64,000 nucleotides of DNA from Guillardia theta CCMP2712 (lineage: Eukaryota > Protista > Cryptophyta): assembly GCF_000315625.1 (NCBI RefSeq), contig NW_005434542.1, positions 12,495-76,494 of the forward strand, given 5' to 3'. Shown here piece after piece: positions 1 to 13,200 of the stretch (positions are counted from its first letter, which is position 1; the number at the start of each line of letters is the position of its first letter). The notes below the pieces were generated by a model. It did not search any database, was not told the DNA's origin, and saw only the letters and a list, made by a program, of their open reading frames with translations. The position numbers and the translations under genes were made by a program.

Positions 1-243
1 AACAGGAACGAAATCTAAAAATGAGCGCCGTCCTGGCTTCAACCTCCGTGGGGGCAACAAAAATGTGGCGAAGAGGAGAAGTTAGGAAGCTTTCAAACAA
101 CAGGACGGGGCTGAAAAGTAAGAAGAATGGAGGCAAGAAGGAGGAACAAGAGACGCTGAGAAATAGATGAGGAGGTTGTAGCCATTCTTGCTGGTCTCAG
201 CGACTGAGGGAGTAGGCTGCGATTCTGCTGCAGCCTCTGCCAT
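1..243 (-). CDS. Possible 5' end of a gene running off the left edge (MAEAAAESQPTPSVAETSKN...)
   Basis: ATG at 243 followed by a protein-like N-terminus, then pyrimidine-rich intron-like sequence on the minus strand. No domain recognised. Confidence 0.3.
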
Positions 244-261
244 CGTCTTGCGACCGGAGGT

Positions 262-640
262 TGGGGGGTGGGGTGGGCACAACAAGTCGGTTCGAGTGTG
301 AGTGGGGTAGGGGTAGTAAATTGAGGAGAGGAACAATGGGGTCTGTGGTACACTTCTGTTTACTTATCCTTCAATTATTTACACGAGGCCGGCTCCTAAG
401 GTAGGTGGGGTGGTATTGACAGGTATGCCGTTCGAGGGGGAAGGTGGTATGTTCAGTTTGACTGTATTTTAGAGAAATAGGCTACAGGGGTAGGTAGGGG
501 TTGTAGTCTGAGGGTAGTAGGCAGAGCCGGTTGCAGGGGCAAGGGTCGGTAGGAACCGACGGGTCTTGGCCCCATCAGTCCTCTTGACTTGGCGGGGGTA
601 GTAGGATACGGTAGGGGTCACTGAACGGACTTAGAGAGGG
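262..640. repeat. G-rich GGGGTAGGG-motif tract (G-quadruplex-prone)
   Basis: Repeated ggggtagggg/gggtagg runs at ~304, 487, 511 and 594-618. The same motif occurs in reverse at 3150-3530, 15770-16030, 24540-24680, 39080-39130, 49600-49830 and 57540-57640. Confidence 0.55.
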
Positions 641-647
641 GTCGTGA

Positions 648-945
648 TTGAACACTCTTGACTCGGACCCCGGCGGAGCGGCATTACCGTTGCCGGGCCG
701 TACCCGGCGGCCCGGCCGCCACCGTGACTCGATTCCTCATAAGTACCGTACGGTAGTATCGTACGGTACTCCGACAGAGTCAGGAGGCCCGTCCGAGCCT
801 CGGAGAACTCGGAAGTTCAACGGTTCCGAACTTCCGGCTCAGGCTTGGCCGCCTTCGGAACTTTACGGTACCCTGTAGTCACTGAGTAGTCACGATGGCA
901 CACGGTGACTGCCCCGCGGCCCAGGCCACCCCGGGCCCGAGGTAG
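648..945. promoter_or_regulatory. GC-rich palindromic-word island A
   Basis: Dense CCGG, ACGGT, GTGACT, CTGAGT and GAACTTCCG words. Inverted repeats cggaagttc...gaacttccg (810-836) and agtcac...gtgact (888-910). Confidence 0.6.
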
Positions 946-1199
946 CGTTGACATTTTGCTTTTTCTGCTTTGGGGTGTATGTTTTCCCGTGAGGGGGTTG
1001 TTCTGCTTTCTATGTGGATTGGGGGGTGGCGTGTTTGAGGATTTGAAACAGGGTCCAAATTTCAGGTTTATAACTCTGATGTTGTTTTCCAATAAGATAT
1101 TTTAAACTGTATTGTGGAATGGTTGAGTATAAACAGAGAAGTAGGGCTGCACCCCAGAAGTTGCAGTGAGATCATGGGGTAGTCCACTTACTAATTTGT

Positions 1200-3130
1200 A
1201 GAGCCTTCTTATGGTACAATTTTATAAACAAGTTTGAACGACCTCTCTACACGCCATGAGCCTCCCCTTGTTCGGGGCACGTCGCACCGCTCTGTACTGC
1301 CCTAACCATGGCTCGCAAACAGCGAGCCCGCGGCAGCGTGTGCAGACATCAGATGTTCACCGAACATCCTCATGGGAAATTCCTGGGGTGTAGAGATGAT
1401 GATCCTTGAGGAGTGCTTCGTACAGTGCGTGAATCTCACGAAAAATCGTTTGGTGAGCGAAGAGCATCAATAATACAAGTGAAAATCACCATCACAGGGA
1501 TACGTTGCAATCGAAACCGGGTTGTGAAATACCCTAAGCTATCTGCGATGCATGACAGGGAAACTGAGTTGGAGTAGATGGATGGAGATTACACACAAGA
1601 CGACAGGGAATCATCATCCGACGGTGACTGGATTGTTCAAAAGCCGTACAGTCACCAGTGAGCTCAAGAACACATGTCTTCACGATGATGGCTGATAGGC
1701 TCGCAAGAAATACAGTGCATTTTAGCAGTGAGCTGCTCGATTGCTTGAAACCACGATGATCCACAGCACTATCGAATGATAACAAGCAAGTCCAGTGGTT
1801 CGAGAAGGATTCTTCATCCGGTTTTCAAGGATGTGTTGGAACGATGAAACATGTTGCAAATCACCCAGCAAGGTCTATGCCATTTCATCACATGATGCAT
1901 CATCTAAATATTACTGGTGTGAACTTGCATCAGATCGTGTGTCCATCAATGAGCCGGTGCCAAGCAGATGATACGGTCACTGCAAACACGAGCACTTTGA
2001 AGATGCTGATATTACAGGCCGTACAGCATTTATGATGTGGCTACATGTCACATGCTTCTTGGTTAACACAGAAATAACTTCGCCAGGCAAAAGATGGAAC
2101 GTCGTCAGGATTACAAGGAGGTCGGTTGTGCTTTTACCCAGATTGAAACGCTTGTAATAAAGATATGATCACCTGAATGTGGAATTCTGTGTATTGATTC
2201 ACAGTGTTTGTGGTTCGTTTACAATCATCGAGTGCTTGCTCTGTTGAACAAGGCACCCCTCTGTAGAGCCAAATGCGACAAGAACTCTACTGTTGCATGG
2301 TAGCATTGCGAACTGTCCAAACAAGGCAGGATTGATTCAAAGAACATCTCATTTATTGATATCAGATTCATCTGCACATTGTTTCATTTCTAACTAGGTT
2401 TCTGCAGCGTTGTGGAAATGTCATGACAGAGGAAGAAGTTGCAGTGGAGAAAAATTATTCAACGTCATGAAACATGGAAATGCAATTGTCAATGCACTTG
2501 ATCATGGATATAGTGATTCATGATCAACAACGATGATTCAAAGTCATCTATCCTGGCAGGTAAAGAAATCCTTTGTGCAAACGTCTCTTCATGCATCATT
2601 GAACGGTTGAGCATGTAAAGCTTTCTCTATAGAAAAGTGAGGTGCATGAATCCTGACCGTAAGACTAGAAGAATTGAAAGTGAGTGATGACATGAGAACA
2701 CATATCTAGACAGCAAAGTCGCTTAAGGTACAGTTGATACAAATTTCTCACAAATCATGCATTTGAGCTCAACGTTCAACCTACGGCAATTTGAAAGAAG
2801 GGTCAATCAAAGTTGATTCTGTTCAATGGTGAATCCATCATTAGTTGCTTAGCTGTTCATGAAAATTTCATCTTGTCTTCGAAGAATATTTTCAAGTACA
2901 CTCGCGGATTGTTTGTACCTAGGGTGCATATTCCAGTACACGATGGATGATTCAAACCTTGGCCCAACCTGCAGAGTTGAGAAAGAAGCTTGATCATCTC
3001 TTACAGGTATGATATGAGATCTTCATCTGATTTCTATCTCAGTTGGGTTGGATTCGAAGTCTCTCAATATCAAGGTTCATCCTCGCGAGTCAGGAAGGCA
3101 CCATTTCATCGCCTCTTGCTCGTCCAGGGA
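1200..3130. pseudogene. Decayed coding-like or TE-derived sequence, unidentified
   Basis: AT-richer and TG/CA-rich, with reading frames broken by TGA/TAG. One ankyrin-like fragment DADITGRTAFMM at ~2002-2040 (+). No intact ORF. Confidence 0.25.
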
Positions 3131-3149
3131 GAGGGGGCTTGGGGAATGA

Positions 3150-3535
3150 GAAAAGGGGGCTACCCCTCACCCCCTATCACAGAGTTTCAAACTGGTTCAA
3201 AGGTGGGTAGTTGAGGGTGCTCCATACCCACCCCACCCCCCAACGAAAGTCAAACGGAGGGGTTCTCGGAAGTCGAAGTTCCGACCAGTTTGGCCCTCGT
3301 TATGTACCATATAAACGCTGCAATATTAAGTTGGTACCACAGATACTTCTAAAATTCGTACTTTTACTTTGGTTTGGCGTGGTGAGGTGTCCAAGCAACA
3401 AAATTCAAATCACCCTACCCCTCTTTGGCCCTGCGCAGCAACGATTTTCCTAAGAGCGAGTCACCCTCCCACACGCCTTCTCAAAGTAGGGTACTCCCAC
3501 ATGGCATGAAATGAAGGGACCCCACAGGCCCTTCG
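3150..3535. repeat. C-rich CCCTACCC-motif tract
   Basis: ctacccctcacccc (~3160), cccaccccaccccc (~3227), caccctaccc (3411); abuts island B. Confidence 0.45.
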
Positions 3536-3564
3536 AAAAAAAAAAAATCTTGCCAATTTTTCCT

Positions 3565-4175
3565 ATGAGCGCCCGGCCGGAAAAGCAACGCGGGCCCGGG
3601 GGCCGGGGGGGGCGCACGTCGGACGCGGCCGCCCACCGCCGGGGCCCGGGGACGCCGGGGATGACTCAGTGATCGGACTGAGACAGTCGGACCGGAAGTG
3701 ATACCATGATACGAAGGCGCTGAAAACTCCCTGACCGTGCTCTGCCGCCTCGGATTTCAGTCCCTTCTTCAAATATTCTTTCATCTCAGATACTAATTTA
3801 ATTTTCCTCTCACGACAGTGCGGCCTGGCGCCGCAGGCTCGCCCAGAATCTTGAACTGATCACCGTGGGTGGCAGCCCCGGCATAGGCTAGGCTATCGGA
3901 TAGCCCCGCTCACAGAGCCGCTGGCCGGGCAGTGGCGACTCGGACCTTCAACGGTTCGGCCCCGGGCCGCGCGGCCCGCCGCCGCACCGGCGGCGGGTGA
4001 CTCAGCGCCCGCGACGCCGTCCGATCCGATCCGAGCGACGTTGACGGTGCCAGAGCTACAGTTGAGGCACTGAGTCAAGTGGGCCGTCTAGCCACAGTCA
4101 CGGTGGCACGGTGACTGTCAGTGTGCGGCTACTGAGCCGAATCACGAGTCTGAGTGCCACGACTCGGAGGCAGCA
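3565..4175. promoter_or_regulatory. GC-rich palindromic-word island B, upstream of the SPP gene
   Basis: Shares ttcaacggttc (3947 vs 816) and the AGTCAC...GTGACT hairpin (4094-4118 vs 888-911) with island A, and tgataccatg (3699 vs 50131) with island F. Confidence 0.6.
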
Positions 4176-4850
4176 GCAGTAGTGTAGATAAGTAAATTCT
4201 AGTACGAAGAAGCGTGATTTTCAGCTTTGAGTGAAGACGGCGAGGGAGGACAGCAAGGAAAGCTACTCCTGGAATACCCCCACTCACTTCCATGCCTTGA
4301 AAGACACCTGGTTTAGAGGCTCCCCGTGTTTTAAGCGCCATGCAGGCGATAGCCGCTGCTTGCCTCGCCCCTCCCTCGCTCCCTCGCTCCCCCGCTCCCT
4401 CCCCCTCTCGCCCTCTCCTTCATTTTCTCCTCCTAGTCTCTGTTGCTGACACCCCCATCGTTGCCCTTTTCTTCTTCCTTCGATGCTCTCTGCTGCACCA
4501 GCTCTTTTCCAATTTCTTTTCACCCAAGTTTTCTCTTGGTTGCGCAATTAACTGTATTCCCTTTTGGCATGAAATCTTCACATTTGAACCGTTTTCAACT
4601 CGATTGCATTCCTGCATCAAATAGATCATCTTCTCATTGATCTTCTTGTTTTAACCCTGTTGGGCGATTCGTAGAAACCTCTTGTGTTGGGTATTTTTAT
4701 TATCGTCCAGTGCTGCTTTCGTTGATCTGCAAACTTGTTTTGTGTTTGCTTTTACAATTTGATAGAATCCTGACAATCACACAGAGAAATATCTTCCTAT
4801 GTCGTCGCGATGCCGGTAGATGGAATTCGTCAGATTCGGTTTTTTTGTAG

Positions 4851-7800
4851 ATGATAGAGGTAAGTTGAACCGGCCACTCTTACTCATTCTTAACGCGCTG
4901 AACCCGATTGTATAGGAGCTTCTTTTGTTTGCTAAGCGCTGTATTGCATGCATGCTAGTGATGATGCATCTTACGAAGGCTATGTGAGTAGTTGCATTGA
5001 GGATATGCAGAAATGCATTGATTTTTGAGCGCCAGACCTGTTTCTTCCAACCATCTTGCTTTTGTGGGAACTTTTGCATCACACGTTGGCATTTCATGGT
5101 GCTTCACAACGAAAGGAATGAAGCTTGGCCGTTCTCAATCTTCGGTCATGCACTCCGAACCATCAAAACAATCATGTCTACCTTGTGTGCCTACTATCTC
5201 TTCTTGTAATCCTCTCAGCAGCTCTACTTATGGGCAAACACTTCTGGATAAAGAATCCTCTCCAGCGCTCAAATTCAATGAACGTACGAAATATTTTAAG
5301 ACCTTATGAAGGAGCACAGACAAGGTAGGATGCGACAGACAGACAGCATTTAAACCTAAAAGGTGATCCGCTATGCAGGAGCTTGACTCGCCGTAGTATG
5401 CAAGTCGAAGAGTCGACACCATCTCAGGTGAGGAATCAGCAGAATTTGACACGAATGAAATGTATTTATGAACAGCTTGGATCGAAGAAGTACCAAGTAG
5501 ACTCAGCTGAACTTCTTCCAATGCATGAGAAACTGAGATATGGTGAGCGATCCGATGGAGGCTGTCTGTTCCAGTGATGTTAGGGTTGCAGGAGTTCTTC
5601 CAAACGGGTTGAGGTATTGCATATTCCCCAACAAGAAACCAGCAGGGCGATTCTATGTGAACTTGGAAGTGCATGCCGGCAGTGTGGACGAAGAGGAAGA
5701 GCAGCAGGGCATTGCGCATTTTGTAGAGCATGGTCTGTTTCTTGGGACGGAAAGGTTGTGCCTTGTTTTCAGTTCTCTCCTCTCCTCTTATTTGTTGTGA
5801 AGATTCAAATCTCAGAAAGCCATGAAGAAGTTGCTCAGACGTCTCGGCATGGTACTTGATATTGAAAGCGTTTACTGCCGGCTGACCCGAAGCACAGGCG
5901 TACAATGCTGATGCGAATGCGTTCACGGACTTCAGAAGCACCGTATGCTACTTCTTGTGAACTCTCCTGGCGATGAGCCACCTCTCCAGGTTTACACGCT
6001 GTCAGCCCCCACCAAGGGTCGGGCAGAGACGATGCACTCTGCTGCCGGTCTGTTTGGCGACTCAGGCGTGAGCACGGCTCCGCGAGAAGACCTTGCTGAA
6101 GACGAGTTTGCCGGGGACGATGAAGTGTCTGAAATCGAAGGCCTTCAAGCCACTACCGACGACAACACACAGCTAGTGCTGGAGCTGTTGCACCAGATGG
6201 CCTTCAAGGCTCTTCTCAAGCAGGTGAGCCTGGCGCTCAAGGCACGGAGTGTAGTTGACACTTGGATGGTAGGAGGACATCGACAAAGAAAGAGGGGCAA
6301 TCCTCTCTGAGCTCAAGGACCGAAACAGCATCTCTCAGCGTGCAGCCATGGAGTTTTACAGGTTCAACCACAACGACACTGTACTGCCCAGGCGGTTTCC
6401 TATCGGGAAGGAGGAACAGGTGAGCGATGGGAGTTCTCCAATCTGTTCTTAAATGCTGTGAAGGTGAAGCGCTTCAGCTCGGAAGATCTCAGGAGATTTT
6501 ACAAGCGCCACTACTACCCGGCGAACATGTGCCTCTATGTTGCTGGTGACGTGGACCCCGCGGATTTCGAGAAGAAGATTCAGGCGGTCTTTGGCAAAGA
6601 GCAAGCAGCCCCTGCCGATGGTTCCGCGGGCGTCGAACCAGTAGAGGAGGATCGCAAGGTGGAGCCAGTCTTGTGGCCACGGCGAGGGGCGAAGATCGTC
6701 CATCACGACCTGATTGAATCGCTGGACCCGGCCCCTGCGATCATCAGGACCTCTCCTGGCGTCAACGTTGTCTCGGTCCCTGCTGCTCAGCCCCCAAGCA
6801 AAGAACATGGAAGCTCCAACAAGTTTCACGTTCTCTCCCACTCGCTCATCACTGACTTCAGCGTCTCCTTTTGCGCCAAAGGGAACCTGCAGACGTTTGC
6901 GACTCTCTCTGACATGCGCGAATCCGTGCTGGACTCTCTGGTTGGCATGATCCTCGAGTTCAGAGTCAACGAACGCCGTCTGCGCTCCAACGACCCGATC
7001 TTCAACGGCATAGGTACACTTGCTTTACTTGCTTTGCCCTGGGAACCCTCCTCACTCAAATCCCTCTAGGTTGGACATACAGCAGCTCGGCAAGAGACGG
7101 ATGCTCGATGAACTCTTTTTCCATCTCCTCACAGCCTCGTCACTGGAAGGCGGCGCTAGAGATTGGTCTGCAGGAAGCAGCTCGCATGGCAGAGCATGGT
7201 GTAACCGAAGCCGAGTTGTCTCAGGCTGTCACGACGCTTGTCAATCATTTTGCTCAGCAGGCGACGCTGAAGAATTCGCTAGAGTCATCTGTATGGATGA
7301 GGAGGATCATGGAGTGTGTGCAGGCGGGCGACCAGGTAATGAATGCGGAGAAGAAGTTTGAAATCCTCGCGGAGATCTCCTCAAGGCTGACGCCGAAAGA
7401 GCTGTCGGTGAGGGCGCGAGAACTTTTCAATGCGGTCACGAGCTACGTCACCAACGACCAATGCAAGGCCTTCATCTGCATGCCCGACAACTCTCCCGAC
7501 ATGCAGGACTTCTCCCACGATCTCTTTCTCACCATCGTCGAGCGAGGTCTCAAAGACCCCAACCCGCCCGAATCCCTTCAAGTGCCCGAGAGACTTCTCG
7601 ACGAGTCCCACCTCAACGAGCTGGTGGATCAGATGAAGCCGGCCATCGTGTCGAGACGCGTCGACGAGGAGGGAGGGACGGGAGTAGTTGTGCTCAAGCT
7701 CAGCAACGGAATCAGAGTTGCTTACAGGACCAACGACAGCAGGCCCAAGGAGTTTCGCGTTAGGATCTCGGCGGCTGGAGGAAGAGTTCTCGAAGATGAA

Positions 7801-10190
7801 CAACGTCAGGGTCAAGCAGTTGCAGCCTCTGCCTTGTGGGTCAATGGAGGATGCGGTGGATATGCAGCAGAAGTTGTCTCGCGCTTTGCGAGCATGTGGG
7901 GACTTTCGTATGACGCAGCATGCAACAGGCAAGCACCTTTCGGCTCTGATATCCTTGTGACGCTTCTGACACAGTGAGGAGCTTCATTTCGACATGCTCG
8001 TTCAAGTAAGCTCTTTCTGCTGCTCTCTCTTCCCGCCATCGCTCATGTTGGGGCAAGGCAACTGTTGATGGTGCACTGGAGCGAGCGATGGGCCTGGTCT
8101 GGATGTTCTTGCAAAGGTGACGAGCTTGCAGCAGGATCTAACGTGTCTCACCTTCTGCCTGTCAGGCCGAACTTGGACCAGAAGGCCCTTGAGCGCTTCA
8201 AGATCCGCGTACGTCGAGCCTCTCAGTCCCTCGACAAGGTGAAGCATGTTTGGCTGAGGAGGCGAAGGCTGAAGCATGTCTGCACTAGAGCGTGGAAAGA
8301 AAGACGTCAAAACTCTTCTTGGACATGATGATCTCACCGGTGAAGACTGCTGACTGGCTTGTGCGGGCTCAAACTGCTTCTTCAGGAGCATGCATGGCGG
8401 CTGCAGGAGCTCCGGCCTGAGATCGCAGACTCCTTGGATGTGAGTGAGACCGTCAACTCCTCTACCTTTCAACCCTGGAAGCCTGGCCCTCTCTTGCTCG
8501 AGTCACTCACGCGCGGGCCGCAGGTTGAGGACGTTCGAGCGATCCTCTTCAAGCAGATCGCGACGGAGAATCTCGAGATGGTGCGGCAGGAGCTGCGTGT
8601 GTTGCCCTGTGAAACCTCAACTAGGTTGTCTCGGGAGATTTCGACCCGCAAGAGCTAGAGAAAGCGTTGGTACTTGCATGCTACACCCACTCCTCAGCTG
8701 CTGACTCGCTCGCGAGGTTCGATACATGGGGACCCTCCACCGAGAGCAGGAGAAACCTTTCCTCGACGAGATGCAAGAGGTGACGTCGGATGAGGCGCAA
8801 CGGCCGTTGAAACGTGTGCAACAGAAGCTTCGACTCAAGTTCAAGGGCGGCAGCATGAAAGCCAATGCCGAGCACTTGGGTTCTTTGCTGCCTCTCTCCT
8901 GCCGTGTCTGATGAAGCTGCAGTGGACGACACCGAGCGCTCCTACACCATCATGGGCTTCCCTGCGGTTAACCGCTGGGGATACCTCAGGGACGTCGACG
9001 CGGGTCTCTCGCTCGACTTTCGTGATGGAGCGGTCGCGGCCGACCTGAGCTTGCTCGCTCTGACTTTGTCGTGCAGGCCCTCAGCCTTGTGCCTCCCACC
9101 CTCCCCAACGGTCGCCCGTACTGCAAGTCCATGCACATCTCGCGAAGCCTCTCAGTCGCCTGTGACGTCATCAGCAACAGGTGATGCCGCGGGTCCTGTC
9201 CCCTCTCCCTCACCCAGCACATCGGTCACCTTGTCCCCGCAGACTCTTCGAGGAGATTCGAGAGCGGCGAGGGCTCGTCTATGGCATCTCCTTCCGTTGG
9301 CGACCTTATCGCCTCATTCCCGGAGGATACTGCACCATCGACTTCATGCCCAAAGCTGACATGGTGCTCCTCCCTCCTCCATCCTCCCTTCTTTCTCCTG
9401 CTCCTCCCTCTCTCCTCCTGCTCCCTCTGTTTCTCCTGCTCGTCTTGCTCCATCCCCCATCCCTTCTTGCCCCAGTCCCGTTGGTGTCTGTGGTGCTGGC
9501 CCTCCTGGTTGACGGAGGAGCAGATCGAGGAAAGCATTGCGGCGGTCAGAGAGTGCTTTCATCGTCTGGTGACAGAAGGGTTCTCCATGGACGAGTTCGA
9601 GGCGGCCAAGAGTCCTCTGGTCACCAAGGTGAACTTCCGCCATGTGCGGGAACAGGCTGAGGGTGCGGGGGCAGGTGAAGGAGACGGAGAAGCAGAACGT
9701 GTTCTGGGTGCAGCTCATGGAGGATCTCGGGAACCCTCTCTCACCCAAGTCCATCGGCTGCATCCAAGATGTCTCCGATCACTACGATGCGCTCACCAAG
9801 GAGCAGGTAAACGCCCGGGCTAGCAACTCACTTCATCCTGATGTCGGTCAGGTTGAGGAAGTTGTTCGTTGCTGCCTCGGTCATGGCATGGAGCACATGG
9901 TCATCGCTACAGGCACGTCAGGACCCCAGGAACAGACTCAAGGTGTTTGAACCTGCCTCTTCCCTCCCCTCCCCTCCTCCCCTCCCTCCTCCCTCCCTTC
10001 CCTCTGATTGGAATCTGGTTCCCTTTCCTTGCTCCCTCCTCCTCGTACCTCACTCTTTCTGCCGTTTGGTTCCCTCTCCCTCTTGATCCCCTTCCTTTAT
10101 CTTCCCTCCCTCCCTCCTTCTCTTGGTTCTCGAAGCCTCTCGGTTGCTTATGCAACAGCAGCAGGAAAGGAGGCCATAGAACGAGGGTAG
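4851..10190 (+). CDS. SPP: Plastid stromal processing peptidase, M16 zinc metallopeptidase (multi-exon)
   Basis: LPNGLRY...EVHAGSVDEEEEQQGIAHFVEH (HxxEH), NAFTDFRSTVY, RFPIG, LSNGIRV, DDTERSYTIMGFPAVNRWGY, NRLFEEIRERRGLVY and CIQDVSDHY match plant SPP motifs. Spliced N-terminus MIEELLLFAKRCIACMLVMMHLTKAIPVSSNHLAFVG is a signal + transit peptide. Stop is at 9950, or at 10190 if the CT-rich tail is an intron. Confidence 0.8.
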
Positions 10191-10218
10191 AGCTCGTAGC
10201 AGAGATATTGATTTCTCG

Positions 10219-11590
10219 TTAAACGTAGCTGGTGGCTGAGACGATATTCTTCTGCCATTCGAGCACGTCGCATCGAGTTAGCAGCAGCACCACCAGCTTC
10301 TTGTGCTTCGCGTGCAGCATGTCCACCACCACAGGGTCCGTAGCAAGGTTTCTCAGAGCTGAAGCAGCATACTCCAATGAGCTCGCCGACGCTGTTCCAT
10401 CCTGCAGCAAATTTGCTAGGCCATTGATAACGTTGCTGTAGGGGACGATGAATCGCTTGTTCTCCCGCTCAACGGTGAGGCTCCAGAGAGCTGCTGCAGC
10501 AATCTCCCGCCCCTGCAGCTCGTCCTCGCCCAGCAGAGCCGCGAGTCCCTCGAGGATGCCGGGCTGGCGGCAGAGGTCTTGCTTGATGAGGTTGGTGATG
10601 GTGCCGTCGCCCAGGCTCTTCCTCGCACTCTCGACTGAGTCCACCCGCATCTTCTCTCCTCGGCTCTGACTCTGAGCGCTCAGCCGCCAGACTATCCTTC
10701 CCATCATCTCCTTGGTCTCCCTCTCCCCGTGAAGCAGCAGGTCAGCGATGGTGGGTAGAAACGTGTCGCCCTCAGGGCTGCGGTGGCTCAGCACCTTGAG
10801 CTTGCTCTCGTCATCACAAAAGAGAGTCCAGAGCAAGGCGGCAGCTGCGACCTCAACGTCAGCTGAGCGAGAAAGCAGAAGCACTCTCAGTGTCTCCATG
10901 AGCAATTCGTCATCCAGAAACTCTCTCTTGAATTCATCCGAAAACGTGGCGAAGTTTGTCAGGACGTGAGCCGCATGGTTTTGAACACTGTGATGCTCAT
11001 GAGAAAGACTGTCGACAACAGCTTTCATCAGTCCTGGATAGTACAGCATGATCTCAATAAAACTTCCATGTTTCTTTGGAAGCCAATCGTACGAGCTGAG
11101 AAGTAGAGTGAGAGGAGAGGAAAGACAGCTTTCCGGCACCTTCGAATGTTTTGCCCGTCCCTGGGTTGCAGGTTGAAGTTATGCAGGAGCAGACAAGTCG
11201 CATTACGCAAGATCCGCATGACAGAGATGGGAATCAAGTTGAGATGTCTGAGGTGAGGTCAGGGCCGGGGAGTGATACGTTGCAGAATCAAGAAACCTTG
11301 ACATCTCTTGAGAATTTCCTTGTCTTGTCGATTGCAGATACTGTTTGATCTCTTCCTGCTAGCAGTGTCAAATTGATCGAGCAACAACATCTCTTACGTT
11401 TGACTGCGAAGTAGCGTCCTCGAAAAGCTGCATCATTCCCTCCAACATCCCCATCTCAATCAGCTGCCTCCGCATCAGACGACAACGAGCAGTCAGCGTG
11501 GACCTCTATCAGCTCTTCTTCGAGGATCTCTTCAGTCGCATCAGCAAGCATGGCGATCGCCTGCGCATTCTCAGCTCCCGCTCCTCTCAT
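10219..11590 (-). CDS. Armadillo (ARM)-repeat protein
   Basis: Repeats such as AAHVLTNFA, AAAALLWTL, AAAALWSLTV and AASALRNLAT in ORF 10219-11139. Upstream exons run to ATG 11590 (MRGAGAENAQAIAML). Confidence 0.75.
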
Positions 11591-11694
11591 CGCTCCGCGT
11601 CACTTTGCACTTGGTCGACACATCGGGAGCTTTGAGACTGAGCAAGCATGTCAGCTGCGCTAGATGAGAACGCGACCTTCGGACCGGCTGGGGA

Positions 11695-12830
11695 TCAGCT
11701 TAACGCTTGAGGACCATGCAAGCGCTTTCGCTGGATCTTCAGCAGCTCTGACGCACAAGCTCGAGTCAGGTCTGCCAGCGGCGAGGGAGGAAGCAACCTC
11801 GGCCGACATCGCTTCGTGCCCACAACCTCGTTGGTCCTCCCCCTCTGAAGCCGCTCATGCTCCTGACAGAGAAACCTCAGCTGGGAGCCAGCAAGACCAA
11901 CCGACATGCCTTGTAGTCGGAAATGAACTCCCCGAAAGTCGGGAGGTCCTGCGGGGGTTTACGAGTGTGTAGGCTGAGAGGCAAGCACCGTGAGAGAGTG
12001 AGTGCCGTCTTCTGCCATCATCACGATGAGCGTGCAAGAAAGCTAGCCAACAGTCCACCTATCGCAGTTGTCGGCTCAGAGTCTTGGTTGGGGTCTTCAT
12101 CTATCCTTATGAACTTCTTTGAGACTGCCGTCCAGTCAACTTTGACCCCAAGCGCAACCTCATCACCTTTTTGCTTGGGAGCAGAGTCGGGAGGAGGCTC
12201 GTCGAACAAGGTCCTGTATCCTTTAGGAACAGCTTTACCCCCGTAGTTCTTCACCTGCATCCAAACATTCAGCACGCACCTCCCCTTCTCCTCCTCAAAC
12301 TGATCGCTTACCAGTTTCTCGTGCTCTGCTGGAATAAATCCGTCGTCTTTCTTCCACAAGAACAAGTCTTGTTTGGACGACTTCTTGGGTAGAGTCGCAT
12401 TCCACCACTCGTCAACGGCACTCACTGGCAACAAGAGTGAGGAGAGCAATCCAAGGGCTCTATCACCTTGCTCTGTGGAGGATTGATGGTTCATGAGTAA
12501 GGTTGGCCCATCTTCAGGAGCATTCTCTTGTACAATCGATGTTCTGGTTCTGAGGAGTCTCTGACCCGAGGGCTGACATAGATTGAAGCCATCTCAACAT
12601 CCAAAGAAGACCAACACTGATCTATATCACCTTGGAGCTCTTCTGCGAATCTGAGTGTTTCTTTCCACCAGAAGATGTTTTTTCCGATGCTTTCTAATGG
12701 CCAACCGAGTCAAGAGAGAAAGAAAATCTCGTTTCTCATGATTCGATGCTGCTGGTACCTTGGCTCGTTCTTCTTCCCGCTCTCTACGCCGAAGCTCCAT
12801 CTTCCAGGCGAAGTCGATGGCCTCAGTCAT
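11695..12830 (-). CDS. Hypothetical multi-exon protein
   Basis: Protein-like ORFs 12627-12830, 12021-12494 and 11695-11907 joined by short GT-AG introns. No domain recognised; start uncertain. Confidence 0.5.
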
Positions 12831-13061
12831 TCTTGTTGCGACACGGGCAACTTCAGTCGTCGGTCATCAGCATCAATGCTGGGAAAGCCTTGCTTCAACG
12901 AACTTCAGTATCTGCTAGACGACAACTTCCTTGACTGCAATGATGACCACTCACACCATCTTGCCTCTTTACTCCAAGTTAAGTTTAGCCTCCATGTCAT
13001 ATTTGGAAACGCAGCTCTCAAAGATCGATGATTTAGCTGCGCGGCGTGACCAGGGCTCAAA

Positions 13062-13200
13062 TTCATCTCGACATGTCATCTTCTCGCACTGACTATCATC
13101 AATCTCATTCAGATCAACATGTCATCTTCTCATCAATCTCATTCATATCGACATGTCATCTTCTCATCAATCTCATTCATATCGACATGTCATCTTCGCT
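13062..13200. repeat. ~34-bp tandem repeat (atgtcatcttctcatcaatctcattcatatcgac) x~4
   Basis: Direct repeats visible upstream of the WD40 gene. Confidence 0.75.

Noticed and set aside
1225-1440. Fanzor/TnpB zinc ribbon (TSDVCTRC on the minus strand)
   Set aside because: No RuvC motifs (no DE before TS, no NRD, no second CxxC) and the frame is broken.
1534-1785. Viral RdRp motif C (LTGDC)
   Set aside because: Not GDD, and motifs A and B are not recognisable.
4225-4345. Orphan exon-like segment after island B
   Set aside because: Cannot be joined to a start codon or to SPP with confidence.
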